From a virus, in the IMG/VR virus record IMGVR_UViG_3300044632_001218: a stretch of DNA of 64,000 bases; one strand, 5' to 3'. Below the pieces are notes generated by a model. The model worked only from the letters and a program-made list of their open reading frames with translations. It did not search any database and had not been told where the DNA came from. Within the stretch, counting starts at the first letter, position 1, and every line of letters starts with the position of its first letter. Below are positions 46,868-57,704 of this stretch, one piece after another. The position numbers were made by a program, and so were the translations under genes.

Positions 46868-47869
46868 ATGAAAGTTGCTTTAATCACTGGTATTACAGGA
46901 CAAGATGGATCTTATCTTGCTGAACTTCTTTTGGAAAAAGGATATGAAGTTCATGGAATTATTCGTAGAAGTTCTCTTATCAATACTGATAGAATTGATC
47001 ACATTTATTCCCAATTGAAACTTCATTATGGTGATTTGTCTGATGCTACTAATTTAATTAGAATTATCCAAGAAGTTCAACCTAATGAAATCTATAATCT
47101 TGGTGCTCAAAGTCATGTAAAAGTTTCTTTTGAAATGCCAGAGTTTACTGGACAAGTTGATGGACTTGGGACTCTTCGTATTCTTGAAGCAGTTAGATTG
47201 CTTAGATTGGAAAATAAAACTAGAATCTATCAGGCATCTACATCTGAACTATATGGATTAGTTCAAGAGATTCCTCAAAGAGAAACCACTCCATTTTATC
47301 CTCGTTCACCTTATGGTGTTGCTAAAATTTATGGATATTGGATTGTAAAAAACTATAGAGAATCTTATGGGATGCACGCAAGTTCAGGCATTTTGTTTAA
47401 TCATGAATCTCCAAGACGTGGTGAAACATTTGTGACTAGAAAAATTACTCTTGGTCTTTCTAATATTCAAAAAGGAAATCAAGATTGTCTTTATCTTGGC
47501 AATCTAAATGCTAAAAGGGATTGGGGACATGCTAAAGACTTTGTAGAAGCAATGTGGTTGATGCTCCAGCAGGATACTCCTGATGACTATGTGATTGCTA
47601 CTGGTAAACAATATTCAGTCAAACAGTTTGTAGAAGAATCTGCACCATACTTTGGAATGGATATTGTGTGGAGTGGTGAAGGTCTTGATGAAGTTGGTAT
47701 TGATAATAATAGTCAAAGGATAGTCATTAGAGTTGATCCTAAATATTTTAGACCTGCTGAAGTTGAAACTTTGTTAGGTGATGCCTCTAAGGCAAAGGAA
47801 CAATTAGGTTGGGAACCTAAAACTTCATTTACAGAATTGGTTGAGGATATGTGTAAAAATGGACTTTGA
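46868..47869 (+). CDS. gmd: GDP-mannose 4,6-dehydratase
   Basis: [47 protein letters not shown]. Confidence 0.97.
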   Translation: MKVALITGITGQDGSYLAELLLEKGYEVHGIIRRSSLINTDRIDHIYSQLKLHYGDLSDATNLIRIIQEVQPNEIYNLGAQSHVKVSFEMPEFTGQVDGLGTLRILEAVRLLRLENKTRIYQASTSELYGLVQEIPQRETTPFYPRSPYGVAKIYGYWIVKNYRESYGMHASSGILFNHESPRRGETFVTRKITLGLSNIQKGNQDCLYLGNLNAKRDWGHAKDFVEAMWLMLQQDTPDDYVIATGKQYSVKQFVEESAPYFGMDIVWSGEGLDEVGIDNNSQRIVIRVDPKYFRPAEVETLLGDASKAKEQLGWEPKTSFTELVEDMCKNGL

Positions 47870-48803
47870 TAGTAAAATTTTTGTAGCAGGACATAGAGGG
47901 CTTGTTGGTTCTGCGTTAGTTAGAAAACTTAGAGCACAAGGATATGAAAATATTCTTGCAGTTGGGAAAGATGTTGTAGATCTTACTGATGCTGAAGAAG
48001 TTAATTGTTTTTTTAAAGTAAAAAAACCAGAATATGTTTTTCTTGCTGCAGCAAAAGTAGGTGGGATTGGATATAATAAAGAATATCCTGCAGACTTCAT
48101 TAGGGAGAATCTTCAAATTCAAACTAATGTAATTGATGCTGCTCATAGATATGGATGCAAAAAACTTTTGTTTCTTGGATCTGCTTGCATTTATCCTAAA
48201 CATGCGCCAGTTCCTATTAAAGAAGAATATTTGATGACTGGTCCTCTTGAAGAAACTAACATTTCATATTCCTTAGCAAAGATTGCTGGGTATATGATGT
48301 GTAAAAAATATACAGAACAATATGGAATGGATACTGTTTCTGTAATGCCTAATAATCTTTATGGGATTAACGATAATTTTAATATTTCTCAGTGCCATGT
48401 AATTCCAAGTTTTATCAATAAGTTTATTACTGCAAAAGAAAAGAAACTATCATCAGTTACCTGTTTTGGTGATGGTAGTCCAACCAGAGAATTTTTATTT
48501 TCTGATGATCTTGCTGATGGACTGGTCTTTTTAATGAACAATTATAATGACCCAGAAATCATTAACATTGGTCCTGATAGAGAAGTGAGTATTAAAGAAC
48601 TCTCTGAACTTGTTGCTAAATTAGTTGGATATGAAGGGGAAATTATTTGGGATACCACAAAACCAAATGGAACTCCTAGACGTGCACTTGATAATTCTAA
48701 AATGAATTCTATTGGGTGGAAATCATCCACATCTCTTGAAGATGGATTGAAGACTACTATTGATTGGTTTTTTGAGAATAGGAGTAAGTATGCAAGGGTA
48801 TAG
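47859..48803 (+). CDS. fcl: GDP-L-fucose/colitose synthase (Fcl/WcaG/ColC family)
   Basis: [42 protein letters not shown]. Confidence 0.93.
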   Translation: MDFDSKIFVAGHRGLVGSALVRKLRAQGYENILAVGKDVVDLTDAEEVNCFFKVKKPEYVFLAAAKVGGIGYNKEYPADFIRENLQIQTNVIDAAHRYGCKKLLFLGSACIYPKHAPVPIKEEYLMTGPLEETNISYSLAKIAGYMMCKKYTEQYGMDTVSVMPNNLYGINDNFNISQCHVIPSFINKFITAKEKKLSSVTCFGDGSPTREFLFSDDLADGLVFLMNNYNDPEIINIGPDREVSIKELSELVAKLVGYEGEIIWDTTKPNGTPRRALDNSKMNSIGWKSSTSLEDGLKTTIDWFFENRSKYARV

Positions 48804-49950
48804 ATGGCCACTTATGAAAAACACTTTATCCTTTATGGATAGAGTTAAACTTGCAAAATTTGTTCTCACTTCTGACAAATTTACTCAAGGAAAAAAAGTT
48901 CAAGAGTTTGAGGATGCTTGGTCCAATTGGATTGGTTCTAAACACTCTTTATTTGTAACTTCTGGTAGCACTGCAAACTTTCTTTTAGTTGCTGCTGTGA
49001 TTGAAAAGTATGGATTGAAACCTGGAGATAAAGTTATTTTACCTGCATGTACATGGGTTACAAATATCAATCCCATTTTTCAATTAGGACTTACTCCAAT
49101 TTTTTGTGATATTAACCTTCAAAATTATAGTTTTGATATTGGTAATTTGGAAAGAATATCTGAACAACATCCAGATATTAAAATGGTATTTGTCACACAC
49201 CTTTTGGGTATTCCTGCTGACAACACCAAGTATCAAGAGATTTTCCCAAATGCAATTATTTTAGATGATGTTTGCGAATCTCATGGATGTACTGATTGGG
49301 ATGGCAATAAAGTTGGTTCTAAAAGTTTAGGAGCAACCTTTAGTTTTTACTTTGGACATCACATGTCTACTATTGAAGGTGGAATGATTTCCACTAATGA
49401 TAGTGAACTTTATGATCTAATGAAACTGAAAAGATCTCATGGTTTAGCAAGAGTGTCTGACAACTTTGATTCTTATATCAACAAAAATCCTGAAATTGAA
49501 AAGTCATTTTTATTTGTAACTGATGGATATAACTTTAGAAATACTGAACTTGCTGCAGTTCTTGGTCTATCCCAACTAAAACGACTTGATAAGTTTATTA
49601 AAATAAGAAGAGATAATTATTTTAAATTTCTTGGGGTAGTTTATGAAAATAAAAATTTTTATGCAATCCAACCAAGTTTAGGTAATAGTTGTTTTTGTTT
49701 ACCATTTATTTGTAAAACAAAAGAAATTAAACAAAATTTAATTAAACTTTTTGATAAGTATTCTATTGAATATAGACCTATAGTTGGTGGTAATCTTTTA
49801 AGACAACCATACCTCAATTACAATGTAGAGTGCTCAGAAGATATTTTGAATGTTGATATTGTCCACGAAAATGGAATATACATAGGTAACAGTCAATTTG
49901 TTTCTAGCAAAGAGATTGAAATTATTAAAAAAATTATTGGAGAATTGTAA
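48790..49950 (+). CDS. PLP/PMP-dependent DegT-family enzyme of the ColD/E1 3-dehydratase type
   Basis: VTSGSTAN, DDVCESHG, FSFYFGHHMSTIEGG with His in place of the Schiff-base Lys. Confidence 0.85.
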   Translation: MQGYRWPLMKNTLSFMDRVKLAKFVLTSDKFTQGKKVQEFEDAWSNWIGSKHSLFVTSGSTANFLLVAAVIEKYGLKPGDKVILPACTWVTNINPIFQLGLTPIFCDINLQNYSFDIGNLERISEQHPDIKMVFVTHLLGIPADNTKYQEIFPNAIILDDVCESHGCTDWDGNKVGSKSLGATFSFYFGHHMSTIEGGMISTNDSELYDLMKLKRSHGLARVSDNFDSYINKNPEIEKSFLFVTDGYNFRNTELAAVLGLSQLKRLDKFIKIRRDNYFKFLGVVYENKNFYAIQPSLGNSCFCLPFICKTKEIKQNLIKLFDKYSIEYRPIVGGNLLRQPYLNYNVECSEDILNVDIVHENGIYIGNSQFVSSKEIEIIKKIIGEL

Positions 49951-50291
49951 TGAATTTTGGGGAATTAATTGAACAGTGTATTAAAGAAACTGTTGATAGG
50001 GTTCTTTTTTCTGGGAAAGAAATTTCAGATATTGAATATGTAGAAACTGATAATCTTGGAGAAGTAGTTGAAAAACTTTCTATTCTTCACATTAGAACAT
50101 GGATGCTTGAAGATGCCATTCAAGAAGCAAAGACTGACTCAGAAATTGCAGAATTAAAAAGAAAGATTGATATTTGCTTTAAAGTAAAAAGGCCACGTTT
50201 GGTTCAAGCAATTAATCTTCTTGTAGATAATGCAATTGCTCAGAATAAGACTTTAAGAGAAGATTCTGTAAAATTATATAAGGGTGTCTAG
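49950..50291 (+). CDS. DUF4254-like hypothetical protein
   Basis: LGEVVEKLSILHIRTWMLED pattern, recalled from polysaccharide clusters. Confidence 0.55.
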   Translation: MNFGELIEQCIKETVDRVLFSGKEISDIEYVETDNLGEVVEKLSILHIRTWMLEDAIQEAKTDSEIAELKRKIDICFKVKRPRLVQAINLLVDNAIAQNKTLREDSVKLYKGV

Positions 50292-50973
50292 TGTGGAGAA
50301 TAGATACATCTACCACCATCTTGGATTGGGGGATCATATTATTTGCAATGGAATGATTAGACATTTTTGCGAATTGTATGATCACATAACATTATTTTGC
50401 TATACTCACTATGCAAAAAATGTTAAGTATATGTTTAGAGATTTAAAAAATCTCATAATACTTGATTTTAAAACAGAACCAGAAGTTGTATCTTATATTA
50501 CTCAGAATAATCTGCAGAAAGATTTAATTAGAATAGGATTTGAAAACCTACATCAACACTTAACATACACTACTTTTGATAAAGCTTTTTATACATTAGC
50601 AGGATTGGATTTTGATATTAGATTTTCTAAATTTTATTTACAAAGAGATTATTCTAGAGAGGAAGAATTAGTAAAAACATTAAACCCAACTGGAGAACCA
50701 TATGCTTTTGTTCATGATGACCCAGATAGGGGATATAGTATTGACATAGATTGTGACTACAATATCATTAGGAATGATAAAAGATTTTTACTATTTGATT
50801 ACATTAGTTTATTGGAAAATGCAGAACAGATACATTTGATGCAATCTTCTTTTAAAGATATGATTAATTCTTTCAAAATGAATAAACCAAAAATATATCA
50901 GCATAATTATGTTAGAAACTATCCTAAATCAATACACTCAGTAGGATTAAATTACATAGAGGAAATTAATTGA
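50284..50973 (+). CDS. Putative GT-B glycosyltransferase (GT9-like)
   Basis: N-terminal HHLGLGDHII. Confidence 0.5.
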   Translation: MSSVENRYIYHHLGLGDHIICNGMIRHFCELYDHITLFCYTHYAKNVKYMFRDLKNLIILDFKTEPEVVSYITQNNLQKDLIRIGFENLHQHLTYTTFDKAFYTLAGLDFDIRFSKFYLQRDYSREEELVKTLNPTGEPYAFVHDDPDRGYSIDIDCDYNIIRNDKRFLLFDYISLLENAEQIHLMQSSFKDMINSFKMNKPKIYQHNYVRNYPKSIHSVGLNYIEEIN

Positions 50974-51653
50974 TGAAAATACTTTATTGCATTAAAACTA
51001 CAGAGAGGTATCAAAATAGAAGAGATTCTATTAAAGATACTTGGTTAAAAAACGTTGATGATTATCTTTTTTATTCAGACCATGAAGATTTGGATAATAG
51101 TATAATTAAAGTTTGTGAAGATTCTTCTTATGGTGGATTAGAAGAAAAGGGTGTAAATTTTTATAATCTGCTCAAAGACATAGAAATTCAAAGTGAAAAA
51201 AATGTTTTGGAGTATTATGATTGGTTATTTTTAGTAGATGATGATACTTTTGTTAATACTAAAAATTTAAATGATTTTGCTCAAGGTGCTGATGAGAGTA
51301 AAGGTTATGGGGAAATATTTACATATGAAACACATCCTGACAATCCTATGTTTAGTTCGCCATCATTTAAAAAATCATATAAATGGTACTCTGGTGGAGC
51401 TGGTTTGTTAGTCAGCACAAAGACTATTAAAAGTATAAATGAATTTATTAATTACAATACTAGACATGATGATGTTAGTATTGGTCTTACTTTTTTTAAT
51501 AATGGAGTTGAGTTAGTAGATTCTAATAATTTTAATTCACAACCTCCAGAATTCTGGGGAGAAACAGATTTGGATATAAAAAATAAAATTACATATCATC
51601 ACATAGATGAAAATAAAATGTTAGATCTTTATAAAGTTTTGCAAAATGACTGA
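50973..51653 (+). CDS. GT31/Fringe-like glycosyltransferase
   Basis: WLFLVDDDTFVN, GGAG, DDVSIG. Confidence 0.8.
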   Translation: MKILYCIKTTERYQNRRDSIKDTWLKNVDDYLFYSDHEDLDNSIIKVCEDSSYGGLEEKGVNFYNLLKDIEIQSEKNVLEYYDWLFLVDDDTFVNTKNLNDFAQGADESKGYGEIFTYETHPDNPMFSSPSFKKSYKWYSGGAGLLVSTKTIKSINEFINYNTRHDDVSIGLTFFNNGVELVDSNNFNSQPPEFWGETDLDIKNKITYHHIDENKMLDLYKVLQND

Positions 51654-52521
51654 AGTTAAAAAAATATGTTTTTTTAATCATTACCATAATGGTGATTTGT
51701 TCAACAGCAAATCTTTTATAGAAGAAATTATTTCTAATATAAACTTAAAATATTACTATGCACATTCAAATCAATCTATAGTTCTTTCTGATTTAAATGC
51801 AGAATATTTAGAAATCCCAAACATTTCCCATTCTGAAAAATTTTTAATAGACAATGATATTTTGTACGTTAATACTTGGATAGGATGTTATTTTGATTCT
51901 AATAAACCTTTTAATGGAGAATGTACTTTAAGATTTTCTTATCAAATGTTTGGAGAAATATATGAATATCTTAATTCATTATTTTTGTCTGATTTGAAAT
52001 TAAAGTCCATTGAGGAATATTTTTCTTTTGTGGATTATTCTAAGTTTAATCTTTTGAATGTAGATGAGTTTGTAAATCAATTTCTTCAAAAGAAAATTTT
52101 ATTTTCTAATGGTCCATGTTTATCTGGACAATGTAATTACTATGGAGACATGTCAAGTATTATTGAAACATGTGCTAAAAAAAATGAAGATAAAATTTTT
52201 GTAGTAACGCACAAATTTAATACTGATGTTCAAAATATAAAATTTACAGATGATATTTTAAATTTAAATAGATGTGACTTAAATGAAATTTCTTATATTT
52301 CAACTTTTTGTGATATAATTATTGGTAGAAATTCTGGACCATTTTGTTTTTCTATGACAAAAGAAAATGTCTTAAATCCACAAAAAACATTTTATGCTTT
52401 TGGGAATAAAGAGACTGATTGTTTTTGTTATGGAGTTGATATTAATTGTGAATTTGTTTTTGAATACTTTGAAAGTTTGGAGCAAATTGAAGAAACCATT
52501 TTATCTTTAGTTAAAGTATGA
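51646..52521 (+). CDS. Putative GT-B glycosyltransferase (GT9-like)
   Basis: HYHNGDLF N-terminus; IIIGRNSGP C-terminus. Confidence 0.55.
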   Translation: MTEVKKICFFNHYHNGDLFNSKSFIEEIISNINLKYYYAHSNQSIVLSDLNAEYLEIPNISHSEKFLIDNDILYVNTWIGCYFDSNKPFNGECTLRFSYQMFGEIYEYLNSLFLSDLKLKSIEEYFSFVDYSKFNLLNVDEFVNQFLQKKILFSNGPCLSGQCNYYGDMSSIIETCAKKNEDKIFVVTHKFNTDVQNIKFTDDILNLNRCDLNEISYISTFCDIIIGRNSGPFCFSMTKENVLNPQKTFYAFGNKETDCFCYGVDINCEFVFEYFESLEQIEETILSLVKV

Positions 52522-53225
52522 TTAGCATTGTTACTGGTACACTCAATAGGGGACCACTCCTTCAAAGATTGATAGAAAATACAGTTGAAGCAAACGAGAA
52601 ACTTGAACTAGTATTGGTTGATGGTGGAAGCACTGATGGGACCATTGAGTATATTAAAGAAGAAAATCATCCAAGAATTAAACTAATTGAAGTTGGGCAA
52701 AGAAGTCCTTATCCACACTTTATGAATCTTGGAATACAAAATGCATCACATGACATAGTTTGTCAGTGGAATGATGATGTTCTTTTATCTAATGATTGGG
52801 AAGAAATATTTCAAGAAATAGATGATGAGCATGATTTTTATTTGTTCAATTGGAAATATGGCAATGTTTCTGATATGACTGATGAAACTTGGTTATCTGG
52901 CGATGACCATCAGAATAATTGGTGTTTACTTAATAATAAACCTGATGGTGAGATTGTTATGAATTATGGATTATATAAAAAGAAAATCTTTAGAGAAGTT
53001 GGAATGTATAATTTTGAGTATAGATATTATTGCGCTGATGGTGATATGGCTGATAGGGCATATGAGTTTGGGTATAAAGTAAAAACACTGAAGAATATAA
53101 AAATTTGTTCTTTAATAGCAGATAAAGTAGCACAACATTTTTCTGGGGACCAAGAAATATACCAAAAGAATTTAAGTTTACATAAACAAAAAGTATTGCC
53201 AGATTCACTTGAGTTTTTATTATAA
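52518..53225 (+). CDS. GT2 glycosyltransferase
   Basis: ISIVT.., LVLVDGGSTDGT, WNDD, ADGD. Confidence 0.88.
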   Translation: MISIVTGTLNRGPLLQRLIENTVEANEKLELVLVDGGSTDGTIEYIKEENHPRIKLIEVGQRSPYPHFMNLGIQNASHDIVCQWNDDVLLSNDWEEIFQEIDDEHDFYLFNWKYGNVSDMTDETWLSGDDHQNNWCLLNNKPDGEIVMNYGLYKKKIFREVGMYNFEYRYYCADGDMADRAYEFGYKVKTLKNIKICSLIADKVAQHFSGDQEIYQKNLSLHKQKVLPDSLEFLL

Positions 53226-54034
53226 TGGAAAAGTATAAAATTAATTTAGTAGGTGATTCCTTTACACATCTTACTGGTGGTAATAAAGGATATTCTGTGG
53301 CAGGAAAAGAATCTAAGTTTGTTCAATGGGTAAAAGATGATTCTCTTCCTGAAACAGTTTATGTTGATGCTTGGATCAATCAAGCATTTACTGATAAAAT
53401 TTCTGGAATTAAATATGCTTGGTTATTAGAGTCCAAGTGTGTAACACCAGACATTGTAGATGAGGTTAAATTCAATTATGAAGAATATTTTAAAGTATTC
53501 AAATATATTTTTACTCATAATAAAGAACTATTAAATCTTGATGATAGATTTAAGTGGTGTCCTGCTAATGGTTTTTGGATTAAAGAACCAAAGATTTATG
53601 AGAAAAGTAAAATGATCTCCATGATCTCATCCAATAAAAATTTTACAGAAGGTCATTTAAAAAGGTTAGAGTGGTTATCGAGGATTAGTGATCAGGTAGA
53701 TGTCTATGGTAGAGGATTTAATGAAATAGAATTCAAAGAAGAAGGTCTATGTGATTATATGTTTTCTGTTGTAATTGAAAATGGATTTTATGAGTCGTAC
53801 TTCACTGAGAAGATTCTTGATTGTTTCGCTACTGGTACTATTCCTGTTTATTTGGGATCTCCAGACATTAAAAACTATTTTAATGAAGATGGAATAATTT
53901 TCTTAACTGATGAATTTGACGTATCTGAAGAAATATATTATAGTAAAATGGATGCTATTAAAGATAATTTGAAAAGGATAGAAGAAATTGAAGTCCTTGA
54001 AGATTTTATCTACAAACAATATTTGGAGAAATAA
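53225..54034 (+). CDS. GT10 (alpha-1,3-fucosyltransferase-like) glycosyltransferase
   Basis: YMFSVVIENG..ESYFTEKILDCFATGTIPVYLG. Confidence 0.82.
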   Translation: MEKYKINLVGDSFTHLTGGNKGYSVAGKESKFVQWVKDDSLPETVYVDAWINQAFTDKISGIKYAWLLESKCVTPDIVDEVKFNYEEYFKVFKYIFTHNKELLNLDDRFKWCPANGFWIKEPKIYEKSKMISMISSNKNFTEGHLKRLEWLSRISDQVDVYGRGFNEIEFKEEGLCDYMFSVVIENGFYESYFTEKILDCFATGTIPVYLGSPDIKNYFNEDGIIFLTDEFDVSEEIYYSKMDAIKDNLKRIEEIEVLEDFIYKQYLEK

Positions 54035-54664
54035 ATGAGCACATTAGTTTATATTGGAACCAATGAAGGTGATGGACTAAAAGAATACATTAATCTGTAT
54101 GATAGTGTTTATGCATTTGAACCTGATCCTGAAATTTTTAATATTTTGAAAAATAGGTTTGCAGATTGTGAACACGTAACTTTTATTAATGCAGCTTGCT
54201 CAGAAACAGAAGGTGTTAAAACACTTTATGTAACTGAAAATAGACATTCAACTTCCCTATCAGAATTGTCTGAATTTTCTTTGACTAAAGGATTTTCTGG
54301 AGGTAAAGCATCATTTAAAACCTTTGATGTCAATACCATTAATCTTAATAATTTTCTTAGTGAAAATGGCATTGATCATATTGATACTTTGATTACTGAT
54401 TGTCAAGGGAGTGACCTTTCAATTCTTACTACAATTAAATCTTTTATTGATGATGGAAAAATTAGTGAGATCTTTTGCGAAACACATGCAAATTCTGTAG
54501 AACTTTATGAAGGTCTTTATAATCAGTATGATGGATTTAAGGAATTACTTTCTCATAATTATGAAGTAAAAGATTTCTATCTTGATGGAAAACTTATGTC
54601 TAAAGATGGAGAACCTTTTGTTGAGTGGGATACTCATTGGATTTTGAAAAATGATATCATTTAA
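54035..54664 (+). CDS. FkbM-family methyltransferase
   Basis: VYIGTNEG, AFEPDP, INAACS, ITDCQGSD. Confidence 0.8.
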   Translation: MSTLVYIGTNEGDGLKEYINLYDSVYAFEPDPEIFNILKNRFADCEHVTFINAACSETEGVKTLYVTENRHSTSLSELSEFSLTKGFSGGKASFKTFDVNTINLNNFLSENGIDHIDTLITDCQGSDLSILTTIKSFIDDGKISEIFCETHANSVELYEGLYNQYDGFKELLSHNYEVKDFYLDGKLMSKDGEPFVEWDTHWILKNDII

Positions 54665-55451
54665 TCAATTAGGAAATTTAGGACGACTTGGAAATCAAAT
54701 GTTTCAGTATGCCTCTTTGAGAGGTATTGCTGCGAATAGGGGATTTGATTTTTGTATTCCACCAAAAAGTTATTTTGGTGTTGTTGACCCTAATGTAAAA
54801 AACTCTAATGTTGATATTCATAATACATTTAACATTTCTCATACACAAACTGAAGTAACACATTATAAATCTGTTGAAGAATCTTTATATGGATTTGATG
54901 AAGAACTTTTCAACAACTGCGAAGATGAAATAGATTTGGTTGGATACTTCCAGTCAGAGAAATACTTTAAACACATTGAAGAAGACATTAGAAAGGACTT
55001 TACATTTTCAAAAGAACTTGTAAAAAATTGTTCTGATTTTATTGATGAGATTGATTCTAATAGAGAAGTTATTTCATTGCATATCAGACGTGGTGATTAC
55101 TTAAGTTTGCAATCATTTCATCCTACGCCACCAATAGAGTATTATGAGGAAGCATTAAAACAACTTCCAAATTCTCCAGTTCTTATTTTTTCAGATGACC
55201 CTGAATGGTGTTTAAACCAACCTTTGTTTGAGTCTGATAGATTTTTAATTTCCGAATTAAATACTGCTGACTTTGATATGTGTATAATGACCATGTGTAA
55301 ATATCACATTATGGCTAACTCATCATTCTCTTGGTGGGCATCTTGGTTATCTAAAAGTGAAAATGTTATTGCTCCAAAGGTTTGGTTTGGACCTTCATTG
55401 TCCCATAAAGATACTTCTGATTTATATTGTGATGGGTGGATAAAACTATGA
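54651..55451 (+). CDS. GT11 (alpha-1,2-fucosyl/colitosyltransferase-like)
   Basis: GRLGNQMFQYA, GYFQSEKYF, LHIRRGDY, NSSFSWW. Confidence 0.92.
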   Translation: MISFNQLGNLGRLGNQMFQYASLRGIAANRGFDFCIPPKSYFGVVDPNVKNSNVDIHNTFNISHTQTEVTHYKSVEESLYGFDEELFNNCEDEIDLVGYFQSEKYFKHIEEDIRKDFTFSKELVKNCSDFIDEIDSNREVISLHIRRGDYLSLQSFHPTPPIEYYEEALKQLPNSPVLIFSDDPEWCLNQPLFESDRFLISELNTADFDMCIMTMCKYHIMANSSFSWWASWLSKSENVIAPKVWFGPSLSHKDTSDLYCDGWIKL

Positions 55452-56098
55452 GAACTTTGAATGATTATTTTGACAAGATTTATTGTATTAATCTTGATGA
55501 TAGAAAAGATAGAATGGTAGATACTGTAAAGCAATTCCATAAACATAACCTTTGGGTGGAGAGAGTTCCTGGAATTAAAGGTTCAGATATGAACCTTGAT
55601 TTTCCTCCAGAAATTAAAGAAGGTGCAGTTGGATGTGCACTGTCTCAATTGTTTACACTTAAGTTAGCAAAGCAAGTTAATGCGAAAAAGTTTTTACTCC
55701 TTGAGGATGATATTGAATTTGATGAAGATTTAAATAGCAAGTTCAATAAGTATTATGCTGAAGTTCCAAATGATTGGGATATGTTGTATCTTGGTGGGCA
55801 GCATTTTCATGGAATGAATCTTACCCAAGTATCTGAACATATTTACAGATGTGAATATACTTTGGCAGCACATTCTGTTGCTTTTAAGTATACAGTTTAT
55901 GATAGGTTTATTAATAAACTTGTAGATATTACCAAACCCTGTGATGTTCATTATGCAGAATCTCATAAAGAAATTAATGCATATGTTATTGTTCCTCACT
56001 TAACATGGCAAAGAGAAAGTTATTCTGATATTGAAAAATTTAATGTAGATTATTCTTTCCTGAAGGATCATAGATATCCACAGTGGGGCAAGCCATGA
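55448..56098 (+). CDS. GT25 glycosyltransferase
   Basis: YCINLDDRKDR, GCALS, LLEDD, WDMLYLG. Confidence 0.88.
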   Translation: MRTLNDYFDKIYCINLDDRKDRMVDTVKQFHKHNLWVERVPGIKGSDMNLDFPPEIKEGAVGCALSQLFTLKLAKQVNAKKFLLLEDDIEFDEDLNSKFNKYYAEVPNDWDMLYLGGQHFHGMNLTQVSEHIYRCEYTLAAHSVAFKYTVYDRFINKLVDITKPCDVHYAESHKEINAYVIVPHLTWQRESYSDIEKFNVDYSFLKDHRYPQWGKP

Positions 56099-56829
56099 CT
56101 AAAGTATTATCATATTGTGTATATGGAGATGTTCCAAAATATACATTGGGTGCTATTAGAAATGCAGAAACTAAAGATGATTATTTTCCAGATTGGGAAA
56201 TGAGAATGTATCATGATGATTCTGTTCCTGTTGATATTTTGAAACAACTTGAAAAATTAAATGTAAATTTAATTGATATAACTAAAGAAATATCAGGCAT
56301 TTATTATCCAACAAAAGATGAATCAAAAACATATGGTATGTTTTGGAGATTTGTTCCTGCTGGAGATGACACTGTAGATTATTTTGTCTCAAGAGACACT
56401 GATTCAAGATTTTCTGAACGAGAAGTTTTAGCAGTTAATGAATGGATAGATTCTGAACAACCATTTCATATTATTAGGGAACATCCGTGGGGTCATACTT
56501 GGGTAATCAACGGTGGTATGTGGGGTTGTGAGGGGGGATTTATAGAAAACATAGACCAATCAATCAAGGACTATTTGCAGACAAGTAAATGGGCACATGA
56601 GCAAGCTGCAGATCAATGGTTTCTCAAAGAGTGTATATATCCTGTTGTAAAGGATTATGCGTTTATTACAGATGAGTTTATAAATTATGAAGGAAGATCT
56701 GTATCTATTAAAAGAGATAGAGCATTGGATGATTTTGCTTTTATTGGAGAACCATTTGATGAAAATGAAATCTACGATCAAAGTCATAGAGATTTAATAC
56801 AACAATACTATAATCAACTTAAAAGATGA
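56095..56829 (+). CDS. Hypothetical glycosyltransferase-like protein
   Basis: SYCVYG..Y..GA, FWRF, SRDTDSR (DxD), GGMWG. Confidence 0.6.
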   Translation: MTKVLSYCVYGDVPKYTLGAIRNAETKDDYFPDWEMRMYHDDSVPVDILKQLEKLNVNLIDITKEISGIYYPTKDESKTYGMFWRFVPAGDDTVDYFVSRDTDSRFSEREVLAVNEWIDSEQPFHIIREHPWGHTWVINGGMWGCEGGFIENIDQSIKDYLQTSKWAHEQAADQWFLKECIYPVVKDYAFITDEFINYEGRSVSIKRDRALDDFAFIGEPFDENEIYDQSHRDLIQQYYNQLKR

Positions 56830-57704
56830 AAAGTTTAGTTACTGGGGGTGCTGGTTTTATTGGTTCCAATCTTGTCAACAGGTTGGTTGAAATAGGACAT
56901 GATGTTATTGTTTTGGATAGAGTGTATCCAAAAGTAAAAAATAAAAATGCACAATACTATCTTCAAGATTTGTCAGAAAGATATACAAAGTATCTTCACT
57001 TATTTGAAGGTGTAGACAATGTATTTCATTTAGCTTCAGAGGTTTCTATTCCATATTGTGTGGAGAAGCCAAATGAAAGTATGTCTAATAATGTATTATC
57101 TACTATGAACTCTTTGGAGTGTTCAAGAATTCATAATATTAAGAAGTTTATATTTTCCTCAACTTCTGCTGTTTATGGAAATACCTTGTTTATTCCAAGC
57201 ATAGAGACAAACCAAGTTCATTGTATGAATACATATTCAATATCAAAGTATACTGGTGAACAACTTTGTAAAATGTATTATGAGTTGTATGGTATCAAAA
57301 CAATAATCTTTAGATACTTTAATGTTTATGGTGAAGGTAATCCCAAAACAGGTCAATATGCTCCAGTAATGTCCATCTTTGAAAATCAAAAACGCAATAG
57401 TGAACCATTAACTATTATTGGAGATGGGTATCAGACAAGAGACTTCGTTCATGTGTCTGATGTAGTTTTGGCAAACATCCTTGCTTCACAAAGAGAGCTA
57501 AAAAATTATGGTGAAGTTTATAATGTAGGCACTGGAAAAGGTATAGAAATCAAAGAAATAGCAGACCTTATTTCACATTATCAAATGAGTATTCCAGAAC
57601 GTCCTGGAGAGGTATTGCATTCTAGAGCATCTATTGATAAAATTAAGAATGATTTGGGGTGGAATTACAGTATAAATGTTTTGGACTGGATTAAAAATAA
57701 ATGA
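56826..57704 (+). CDS. NAD-dependent epimerase/dehydratase (UDP-glucose 4-epimerase-like)
   Basis: TGGAGFIGS, SSTSAVYG, YSISK, FRYFNVYG, GDGYQTRDFVHV. Confidence 0.92.
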   Translation: MKSLVTGGAGFIGSNLVNRLVEIGHDVIVLDRVYPKVKNKNAQYYLQDLSERYTKYLHLFEGVDNVFHLASEVSIPYCVEKPNESMSNNVLSTMNSLECSRIHNIKKFIFSSTSAVYGNTLFIPSIETNQVHCMNTYSISKYTGEQLCKMYYELYGIKTIIFRYFNVYGEGNPKTGQYAPVMSIFENQKRNSEPLTIIGDGYQTRDFVHVSDVVLANILASQRELKNYGEVYNVGTGKGIEIKEIADLISHYQMSIPERPGEVLHSRASIDKIKNDLGWNYSINVLDWIKNK

